Source: the human T2T-CHM13v2.0 reference genome, Homo sapiens. Taken from it: a stretch of 64,000 nucleotides of DNA. Numbering within the stretch: position 1 is the stretch's first letter; each line of letters opens with the position of its first letter. The notes beneath the pieces are model-generated. The model was given only the letters and a program-made list of their open reading frames with translations. It was not told the origin of the DNA and did not search any database. A program made the position numbers and the translations under genes. Positions 31,594-44,467 of the stretch are shown piece by piece. The stretch lies in assembly GCF_009914755.1 (NCBI RefSeq), contig NC_060930.1; one strand, 5' to 3'.

Positions 31594-32829
31594 TAGAATT
31601 TTTTATCCTAAGATTCATCTTGGGCTCTTTCACTGATTTATTTTATTATTATTACTATAATTAGGCTGCAGCTTAGGTTGTCATCCAGGTGGCAATGTTG
31701 TCACAGTTGTCATTGCCTGCACATGCCCGTCAAACATACAGAATAGCTGTCAGGAGCTTAGAAGAAAATTCCAAAGACAGTAGCTGCTCACTCCTTAACT
31801 AAGGGCAGCATCTTCAGCACTCTTGCTTGTTGAGAGCATGGTATTTGGAAACCATAGTTTCTGAATTATGGGACATAGGTCCCATATGTCCAATTATGGG
31901 ACAACCATAATTCTGACACTGCAAGTGAGCTAGCTAGGAGATTGCATTTTGAATGTGTTAAAAATATCTTAATCTATTTTACTTTTAATTTTTTATACAT
32001 GTACAAGGGGGATAAATAATGAAAAAGTGTCTCATATATTTCTACTCTAAGAGCACTTTTGATAAGTATTAAATATAAGTCTGAGAAATTTGAAGTGATA
32101 CAAAGTCTTTCAGAGTTCATTAACAGTGTTTTTTTATTTTTTCTTGATGATGAAGAAAATGATACTGTTTTTTAGTTCAATGGCATCTTAATAACTATTT
32201 GGTGAAACTACAAAAGAATGAAAAGTGATTCTATAGGAATAAGGAAAGTGAGTAGTTTACAGATATTTAACACTAAATGACAAATGTGAGGTTTCTTTGA
32301 TGAAATATTGAAATTAAATAACAGAAAAGCTTCTAGGAGATGGGGCTTCGGGCAGATGGTTGGCAAAGTTGAGCTGGGCCTGAGATGATAATACATGAAC
32401 TTTCCTTTAAGAACCTGTTTTTCCCTATTCCACCAAAACCAAAACAAAAAACCCTAAGAAAACACTGCAAGTGAAGATCTACTAACAGGCAGGTTTTGGG
32501 CATGGAGATTCAGGGCGAGGTCTGTGCTGGACTCAGCTTGGGGAGTCGCAGTGCCTGGGGGCTGGACTACGGTTAGAGTTCTCCAGTCACCAAGAACCTG
32601 CTGTTTCACTGAGGACCAGAAGCACATGAAAGGAGAATGCTTTTCCAATAGCTTCAAAGGAGTCGAATTGTTTTGAATAATTAGCTATGAGACTGTTCCC
32701 CATAGTTTACAAAGAAAAGTCATTGATATATTTTTAAGGTCATCATTTGATTCACAAAATAAGCAAAAAAAATTTTTTGAATGAGGCAATGACTCAGAGT
32801 GCAGAATTATTTTATCATTATTCATGTAA

Positions 32830-33020
32830 AAAGATATTAATAAATTGTATTATGTGCCAAGCACTATGCTAGGAACTCAAACTGAATTATTTCATCAACT
32901 CATCCCAAAAGCACTAAGGAATCATTACTAACACTGTCCCTGTGTCACAAAGAGGGCAACTTGCCCAGCGTTGCATGGGAGCTGGCCTGTGGTGGGAAAG
33001 TGGGTTCTGACTCTGGGGGC
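32830..33020 (-). mobile_element. MIR
   Basis: tattatgtgccaagcactatgctagg...caacttgcccagcgttgca. Confidence 0.55.
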
Positions 33021-33169
33021 AAAGCCGGGAGCTGGGATGTCCGCGAGCTGCTTCTGAACGCTGCCCATAGGGAGTTATCTTTTGTAAGGTCCTTCAGCAC
33101 CACCAAAATACGTACCTCTAAAAATTACGGGCAAAACAGAAACAGGGCAGGTATTTCGTTGGTTGATTG

Positions 33170-33244
33170 ACCCACTTATTTATTAATTTATTCAATAAAT
33201 ATATATTAATATATAACTAAGAAAAATGTATATGTATATTAATA

Positions 33245-33285
<41 letters not shown>

Positions 33286-33760
33286 TTTAAGAACCTCTAT
33301 GGACCAGGCACTGTGAGGAGTACCAGGGATATGACAGTGAAGAAGAGAAAATAAACACCTCAAACAACCCAGGATGTTGTGTTGCTTGATATTGGGTGCC
33401 GTAACAAGTAGAACAGGAGGAGCAAATAAACCAGGGAGGCAATGGGGCCAGGGTGGTCCAGGGAGGATGTGGAGGAAGGTCTGGGGGAGGCTATCAGCTG
33501 TGCACAGTGCCCAGGAAAGAGGATGCCAGGAGGGGCCTGGGCTTGGCCGGGGTGTCCATAGCAGAGCCAAGGTGCTTGTGTTGGAAAGAAGGGTCGTCCA
33601 CGTGGCCAGAGGTTGTGATAGGAGAGGGGTGGTCACAAGGTGTCACCGAAGAGGTAGAGAGGAATCTGGCACTCACAGATAGAGTTGTTTGAATTTTATT
33701 CTAATTATAAAGGGCAGTTACTGGAGCATTTTGAGGGCGGGGATAGGATCTGATTTGCAG
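33170..33760 (-). mobile_element. L2 3' region containing a (CA)n repeat at 33247-33282
   Basis: atttattcaataaatat...ccaggcactgtg...gggatatgacagtgaa...ctggagcattttgag...atctgatttgc. Confidence 0.65.
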
Positions 33761-34474
33761 CTGAAAACTATCGATGCCCTGAAACAGGAGCTTGAAGCCT
33801 TGTTCTCATGTCTAAAGCCATCCAAATATAGGGGCCACTGTGGTTTTTTTCTGGTTTTACAACTCAGTTAATCCCAATGAATAATTGAGTACATAAAATC
33901 TATTAATTAGGGCTGTTAAAAAAGATGTGATGGAAAGATGATCAATGGAACCACCAGGCGTGGAAATAATGTGAGTCTATGTGCGTATATGCAGGGCGAG
34001 CTTGAGCTTCACCCAAAATCTGTGGGTCTAGAACTTACTTCTCTCTTACAGCACAGGCACACCTCTTCTTCTTGTGTGTCACTTCACTGCATTTTACAGA
34101 TGCTGCAGTTTTTACGCATTGAAGGTTTATGGCAACCCTGCATCGAGCAAGTCTGTTGATGCCATTTTCCCAACAGTGTGTGCTCACTTTCAGTCTCTGT
34201 CCATTTTTGGTAATTCTCACACTATTTCAAACTTTTTTGTCATCATCATATTTGTTATGGTGACCTGTGATCAGTGATCTTGGATGTTACCATTGTGATT
34301 GTTTGGGAGCACCATGAAATGTGCCCACATAAGAGGGTGGACTGAACTGGTAAAGTGTTGTGTGTGTTCTGACTGCTCCACTAACCAGACCTTCCCCTGT
34401 CTTGCCCCTTCTCCTCAGGCCTCCTTATTCCCTGAGTCATAACAATTTAAGTTAGGCCAATTAATAAACCTACA

Positions 34475-36350
<1,876 letters not shown>

Positions 36351-36531
36351 TGTGGCAAACATCACCGTTGTCTTAGAAATTGCCACAGCCACGTCAAGCT
36401 TCAGCAGCCGCAACCCTGATCAGTCAGCAGCCATCAACATGAAGGTAAGACCCTCTCCCAGCAAAAAGATAAGGATTTGCTTTATTGCAGTGGGCTGGAA
36501 CTGAATCTGCAATATCTCTGAGGTATGTCAG

Positions 36532-37061
36532 TATTCATTTTCTACTGCCATTATAATAAATCACCATAAAACCAGCTTAAAACAATATCCATTTATCTCA
36601 TAGTTTCTGTGGTTCAGAAGTCCGGGCACAGCGTAGCTCAGCTTCTCCTCTGCCCAGAATCCCAAAGGCCAAGATCAAAGTCCAGCACTGCTCTGTGGGG
36701 CTCTGGAGAAGAACCTGCTTTCAAGCTCATTCAAGTTGTAGCAAATTTCAGTTTTGTAGGGATGTAGGATTGAGGTCCCTTTTCCTTGCTGTCTACCTGG
36801 AGGCACCTGTACTCCCTGCCTGCTTCACAGCCAGCAGGGGTGTCTCAAAAGCTTCTCCTGCTTCCCCTCCATCTCTATGCATGCCTCCACCTTTCTCTTC
36901 AGCCACATCTCTCTGGTTGCTTTTAAGGTCTCCAGGGGTGAGTTTGGAGAGCCTCCCTATTTGAGGTCTGTGACCTTTATAGCTGTAGCTGCATTCGTGT
37001 TTAATGGCATAACTAGAGGACAGAATCTTGGAGGACCCTCTTTACAATTCTGCCTACCACA
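36532..37061 (-). mobile_element. MLT1E-like MaLR solo LTR
   Basis: tattcattttctactgcc...cagcttaaaacaa...tttctgtggttcagaagtccgggcacag...caagctcattcaagttg...attctgcctaccaca. Confidence 0.8.
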
Positions 37062-37714
37062 ATAAATATTTTTAGTGATGGAGACATTATTTTAAACCAA
37101 TTCACTGAGGACCAAAGAGGGCTCTATTAAGCAACTCAACAACAACAAAGAGAAACAGATTTGAGACAAACATAATTTAAACAAAGCTAGAAAAGGCTTT
37201 AAAACATCTTTTAGCATGCCTTGCATTAGTAAGCACATGTGCAAATGTATGCCATCAGAAGGCTATGGTAATATCTATTTAGAAGTGCACCACCGGACTG
37301 AAATCTAGACTATGTTGAGATTGTATTTCTCAATATTTCTGGTATAGTAGGTGTCTAAGACTTCTTATCAGTTATTTAATACAGACATTTAAATAGTTGA
37401 TATTGTTTCACATATATGTATAGACACTACAGTGGGAATGTCTAGTTTTATAAAAACAAATCTATTTGGTGCCACTAATACATGAAATTTTGACAGGTGG
37501 CAGAAATCAAATGACATTTACAGAAATTCAAACAAAATCTTCGCTTAATATTACTCTCCTTTCCCCCACCCTTAATCAATCTTGAAATGTCAGGCTGCAG
37601 GCAGCCACTGTGTCTATTTGGAGGTGGATACTGAAGCTGACCTCCCAGCATTTCCTCCTTCCATCCCCCTTGGCAACAACAGCAGTTTCTTATTTTTAGT
37701 TTTCTGGGAGAGGA

Positions 37715-37718
<4 letters not shown>

Positions 37719-37749
<31 letters not shown>
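37719..37749. repeat. (AG)15 microsatellite
   Basis: Perfect dinucleotide run. Confidence 0.95.
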
Positions 37750-37751
<2 letters not shown>

Positions 37752-37821
37752 ACTGAAACTGTATATTTCTATGAGATGCTGGAGTCTGATAGGTCCTTTG
37801 AAGAATGAAGATGCAAAAATA

Positions 37822-37901
37822 TTAGGTTGATGCAAAAGTTATTGCAATTTTTTCCATTACTTTTAATAGCAAAAACTGTAATTTCTTTTGCACCAACCTA
37901 C
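37822..37901. mobile_element. MADE1 (Hsmar1-derived 80-bp MITE)
   Basis: ta|ttaggttgatgcaaaagttattgcaatttttccattacttttaatagcaaaaactgtaatttcttttgcaccaaccta; long terminal inverted repeats. Confidence 0.93.
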
Positions 37902-38354
37902 ACATTTTTCTTTTAATGAGATGATAAGCATATAGAGAGGGGTCTTGAAACAGCTAGATGCCTTTTGTGTTATTTTGGGGCTTCTAGGCTGCCTTTCTGC
38001 TGCCCCCTAACCCTCCCTTCATCTCCTCATCCACACTTTTACAATAACCCCAAAGCTATTATTAATATTAAGGACCAATAAAAAGTTGGTAGAATTTAGA
38101 GAGATTGAAAATATTTTTTATTTCAGTGAAAGTTAAATATCTGGTCTAGAGAAATACTCAGGGTATAAATATGTCAATACTTTCATGGCTGTTCTCATAA
38201 AACTCAGCTCCAAATTTTAGCTAGGAAAAAACAGCAGAGTGTCGATGAAGAGAAGAATGAAATTTCAGGATTCCTGAATGACCACTAAACTACCAATGCA
38301 TCCAACTATGTTACAATAGCCACAAGCACCGGCAAACAGCCAGCCAGCCAAAGG

Positions 38355-38730
38355 CTGTGGCAGCAACGTGGGTTGCCAGGACCCTTGCTCCGGCCCCATG
38401 CCTTGCTCTCTTTCCATAAAGGGGGTCATGTGATACAACCGTGGCAATGCCACAGGGCAGAATCTGCAGTGAGTTCCTAAGGAAGCTTTTGCCTCACTCT
38501 CCTCCTGCATGCAATGGGGAGCTGACGGCTGCAGTGGCTGCAACGTGGACCTGACTATGAAGCAAAGGGGGAGAGAACTGCAGACGAGCTGCCTTCACAC
38601 AACATCATGAATCCATGCCAGGACCACGTACCCCGACCTTTTTGTTATGTGAGGAAAATCACCCTCTCTCGGGTAAGCATCTGTAGTTGGGTTCGTGCTG
38701 CTTATGGCCTCCAATAGCCTGAATGGTAAC
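38355..38730 (+). mobile_element. Old MaLR LTR (MLT1J/K-like)
   Basis: ggtcatgtgata...ggaagcttttgcc...accttttgttatgtgaggaaaat...; heavily diverged. Confidence 0.45.
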
Positions 38731-39157
38731 ACACACTTCTCACCAGGACTCCCTCAGGGTCTCCCGTCTCTCTTCTGGCCGCTCTCTCTCCCCAGCCCTC
38801 CTCCTAGCTACCACCCCTTGCTGCTGATGCACTGACTTTGATGCTCTGCTGAACTCTCGTGTGGCCTGTCAACTTGCCTGAACTCCCTGTCCTGCTCTGT
38901 TCATTTTTACTCCCTCCTGACACATAGCTCTGTGTGCTTCTTTATTTGGTAGCCTTTGCAGCTCAGAGTAAAAGGTATTTCATTTGCGAAAGCAACACAA
39001 CACAACAGGTTTGCCTCCTGCTCTCCCTGCAAGGGGAGGGGCCGGACTCATCCCATCCCTTTTAAACTTTAAACCACTATTAGGACTGCTGAAGGGAAAA
39101 TTAGTGTGTAAAAATAAAATGTCCCCAGTGATGTGCACACCCATTTTTCCATGTGTT

Positions 39158-40146
39158 CTTTTTTTTTTTTTAATTATACTTTAAGTGCTGGGATACATGT
39201 GCAGAACATGCAGGTTCGTTACATAGATATACACATGCCATAGTGGTTTGCTGCACCCATCAACCCGTCACCTACATTAGGTATTTCTCCTAATGCTATC
39301 CCTCCCCTAGCCCCCCACCACCCAACGGGCCCCAGTGTGTGATGTTCCCCTCCCTGTATCCATATGTTCTCACTGTTCAACTCCCACTTACGAGTGAGAA
39401 CATGTGGTGTTTGGTTTTCTGTTCCTGTGTCAGTTTGCTGAGAGTGATGGTTTCCAGCTTCATCCATGTCCCTGCAAAGGACATGAACTCACCCCCTTAA
39501 GGCTGCAAAGTATTCCATGGTGTATATGTGTCACATTTGCTTTATCCAGTCTATCATTGATGGGCATTTGGGTTGGTTCCAAGTCTTTGCTATTGTGAAC
39601 AGTGCTGTAGTAAACATGTGTGCATGTGTCTTTACAGTAAAATGATTTATAATCATTTGGGTATATACCCAGTAATGAGATTGCTGGGTCAAATGGTATT
39701 TCTGGTTCTAGATCCTTGAGTAATTGCCACACTGTGTTCCACAATGGTTGAACTAATTTACACTTCCACTATCAGTGTAAAAGCATTCCTATTTCTCCAC
39801 ATCCTCTCCAGCATCTGTTGTTTCCTGACTTTTTAATGATCACCATTCTAATTGGTGTGAGATGGTATCTCATTGTGGTTTTGATTTCATTTCTCCAATG
39901 ACCAGTGATGATGAGCTTTTTTTCATATGCTTGTTGGCCGCGTAAATGTCTTCTTTTGAGAAGTGTCTGTTCATATCCTTCACCCACTTTTTGATGGGGT
40001 TGATTTTTTCTTGTAAATTTGTTTAAGTTCTTTGTAGATTCTTGATAGTAGCCCTTTGTCAGATGGATAGAGTGCAAAAATTTTCTCCCATTGTGTAGGC
40101 TGCCTGTTCACTCTGACGATAAATTTCTTTAGGTGTGCAGAAGCTT
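39158..40146 (-). mobile_element. L1PA7/8-like 3' end (~1 kb: 3' UTR plus end of ORF2)
   Basis: Poly(T), then aattatactttaagtgctgggatacatgtgcagaacatgcagg...; ORF2 C-terminal fragments ([32 protein letters not shown]). Confidence 0.95.
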
Positions 40147-42233
40147 CTTTTGGTACTTAAAATATTTTTAGTACTGCATTGGCAAATCAGGAAAATGCTG
40201 ATGAGAAGAAAATGTACTTGCTCCGTTATTAACAATCTACATTTCGCTATACCTTTAAAACAGACTCATTGAGGTTTTAGACTCAATTACTGTAAAGCCA
40301 GCATACAGTGTATGGGACCAGGAACTTGCACACTGTGTGATTACCACAGAGCTTTCAGGGAGGAATATAATGACAAACTTTAGTGAGATGGGTTTGTGGT
40401 ATTTATATTTTTTCTTATTTCTTTTTAGCTAGGTGTTTCTCATATCCAACATAAGTGGAGGTTTGAATAAGCTAATAGATTCTACAATAGATTTGAAGGT
40501 ACAAACATGTTTTACATATGAAATGGCATGGGATGGGGGGCAACCTATTACAATCCCAGGAAGCCAGTGCCAGAACTGCCAATCGGAAGATATGGCCTGG
40601 GCCTTCCTGTTAAATCGGTAGATTCCTTGTCTATTAGAAAATGCTTTAATGTACTCATCAATGAATTACAACAAAGGAAAAAGACTGTGAGAAAGTAAAA
40701 TCCTTAAGGCTCACCTAAATCTGACCAAAATGTGCAGGTAGAACCAGTGTATGGGACACCAAACGGGTGCTGTATCTCTCCACTTCCACACTGAAGCTTG
40801 GAATTATGTATGATCATAAGAACTACTCTGTGTTCATGACAATTTGCTTAATCAATGTTACTTTGGATTTACTACACATGTTCTAGCAAACTGCAACATA
40901 TATTTTTTTCCTATCGTACATGAAGTGTTTGGTGTGGAACTTTATTTTATATCCCATGCTCGTTAATTCCCTAAGCACAGCTCCCATTTTTCAACTGCTG
41001 CTTTGAGAAAAGGAGTTATTTGGTTTGATAATCCTTTCCCTCTCCTGACCTTGTTGCCCCAGGATATGAACAACTTCAATAAGCAATGCACAAGGGAAGT
41101 ACTTTGTGTTTTGCCCGGAAAGCCACAGAATCTTTGAATGCAACAGACACTCTCTCAAGGTAAAAGACTATGTCCAAATTTTTTTTTGCTTGCCCAAATT
41201 TTTCCCCAGCTTTTCCTTTTCTCTCTCACTTTTCTTTTTCCAGAAAAATACCAAAAAATTAAACTAAAGGTTTATTCTCAGTATTATGCCCAAACCTACC
41301 TACAAACAATACATCAATATAAGACTAATTGTGCATAAAATTCAAATTCTATTGCACTGCCGCATAAAAATGCAAAATGCTACAGTGGTATAATGTCTAA
41401 TGCTGAGCCCAGTTCCATAAGAGCTGCCCCAAGACAGCTTGTACAGATGCAATTATCTCTCACACACTCAAACTGCTTTCTTTCACAACATTACTTTTAT
41501 TATGCAAATGTATAAATCTAATTTTAATCCAAAAGACCATCTAGAAGATTAAAACCGCACTCGTGTCTTACTTTCACTAAGTGTAATTAAAGATACTAAA
41601 AATGTTTTTCATTGGAGGAAGGATTTTAGCCACCAGGTCACGAAACCACAAAGGGCGCCATGGAGCTGCCAAGCTGACTTCGCATTCATCTTCATTCTTG
41701 AGTGGTTCTGGTGAAGCAGAAGTGATAGAAAAATGAGCCACAGTAGCAGCAGTTTTCGGCAGAGGGCAGCAGATGCTCTTCACTTGGAAGAGACAGAAAG
41801 TCCTGGCAGAGCCTGAAGTGGTTCTGAATCCGCCGGGTCTGAAAGGTCATTTTGTTAATCACAAAAAGGCTGAAGATCTACAAGGTAGCAAGGACACAGA
41901 TTGCCTGGTTTCACAGACATATGGTCACCGGCACAAGAATTTTTGGCAAGCCTGTAAAGCAAGCCTTTACAAAAACTGTCTTCATTAAAAAAAAAAAAAA
42001 AAAAAGAGTGACGCAATCTCGATGCCCAGAGTAGCTAAGGCCACCATAGGGAAAGTCATTTGCTAAGCTGCTTTTTTTTTTTTTTCTTCTCCTTACTTTC
42101 CTGTTTTACTGTTCTATGTCCAGGTAATGGTAGTTACAGCAGAAGTTTTTTATTTTTTTCAATAGGTCTATCGATAATTGTTACACTATAAACTTTTCAT
42201 ATGATAAAATTGGTAATAATGATATCTATATAA

Positions 42234-42450
42234 CAATAACTAACATTTACAGGGTTCTTACTTGGTATCAGTTTAAGCTCTTTGTATAGATAGTTTTATT
42301 TTAAATCTCACAGTGACCCTGAAATATTACTATTACCATTTCCTAAATGAGAGAACTGAGGCTGAGAGAGCAATTTATCCAGTCACACTTGGTATGAAGC
42401 AGCAGTAGCCCTTGACTTGAATTGGGGTCTCTGAGACAGCAGAGTCTAGA
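42234..42450 (-). mobile_element. MIR
   Basis: aataactaacatttac...aatctcacagtgaccctgaa...attaccatttcctaaatgagagaactgaggctgagaga. Confidence 0.65.
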
Positions 42451-42451
42451 A

Positions 42452-43087
<636 letters not shown>

Positions 43088-43891
43088 TGACTCCCACGCT
43101 GTACAGCCCATTGTCCCAAGACACCTTCTTCCTCGCCATTCTCAGGAAAATGAATGACGTTAAGGAATTCTGTAAAATTTCTCGACCTGAACCTTGGTAG
43201 TTCCTCTCACTGAATTGATTTGTTTGATAGGAATTATGTCGGATGTAGGTATCACATGGAATGGAAGGAGGACAGAATTCAGGGATAAGAGGGAAGAAAC
43301 CACTACTAGCATCACCTCTCACTGTGTAGACAGGAACATCAGAGGAATCCGAATCTCCACTTTGCATCGACATTTCCTGGACAGGATTACCTCTCAACTT
43401 TAAGACTCCAACTTCTAGAGTTTACATAGATTATTGGTCAGGATAGTAACTAAGGGATCCAATGCGTGGATATTTGAACAACCTACAGTCATGGAAGGAA
43501 AATTTTTGTTTTGATTCATCTATGTTAAAAAACCTTCAAGCTCTTCTTGGCAAGCACTGGGCCAGAGACAACGTGTCTTTGGTTTACAGAGAAGTTTCCC
43601 CATCTTTTTCTTTTATCAGCACATCTCTTTCATTTCAACAAAGATTCTCAACCAGGAAATGGTCACCATGGAAGGCAGTGAGATGGAGGATAGGCTGTAT
43701 AATTCCGATGACTATCCAGGGGGATTCTGGCAAGGTGCCTCCTGTCCACCTTTATGTTCGGTGCTTCAAGGGCTCACTTGAGTTTCTGCATTCTTCTGTT
43801 GATGCTTACCATCAATGCCCCTGACAGCCTGGGTGAGGGTGCAGGGGAGAGGCTCAAAGGGGCCAGGGTTTTGCTGTCTGTCATGTGCCAC

Positions 43892-44467
43892 TCTATTAGT
43901 CAGGCTTCTCCAGAGAGACAGAAGCAATAGGATAGATCTTTAGGTAGATAAAGATACATATATGAGGGGAGATTTCTTAGAGGAATTGGCTCATGTGATG
44001 ATGGAGGTTGACAAGTTCTAGGACAGGCCATCTACAAGCTGAAGACCCTGGGATGCTGGTCGTGTGGCTCAGTCCAAATCCCAAAACCTTGGAACCAGAG
44101 AAGCTGATAGTGTAATTCTCAGTCTGAGGCTGGTGGGGGTTGGGTGCTGATGAAAGTCCTTGAGTCCCAAGGCTGGGGGTCCTGGGGTCCTGATGTCCAA
44201 GGGCAGGAGGAGGAGAGTGTATCCCAGCTCCAGTAAAGAGAAACTAATTTGTTTTCCTTTGTTTTTCCTCTATATAGGCCCCCAGGAGCCTGAATGGGGC
44301 CCGTCCACATTAAGGGCTGATCTTCCCCTTCCCCAATCAATCCACTTGGACTCACATCCCAACCTCCTCTGGAAACACCCTCACAAACACACCCCAAAAT
44401 AACACTATACCAGCTCTCTAGCTATTCCTTAATCCAGTCAAGTCGACACCTAAAATTAACCATTACA
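43892..44467 (-). mobile_element. MLT2A/B (HERV-L) solo LTR
   Basis: tattagtcaggcttctccagagagacagaagcaatagga...gaattggctcatgtgat...ggaaacaccctcacaaacacacc...cacctaaaattaaccattaca; 5-bp flanks gccac/gccgc. Confidence 0.9.

Noticed and set aside
40306-40757. 13-bp direct repeat cagtgtatgggac ~440 bp apart
   Set aside because: Roughly at chance expectation for a window this size, with no poly(A) or element termini between the copies.
41600-42005. Processed pseudogene ending in the poly(A) at ~41987-42005
   Set aside because: No TSD found, no poly(A) signal at the normal 10-30 nt spacing, and no recognisable parent protein.
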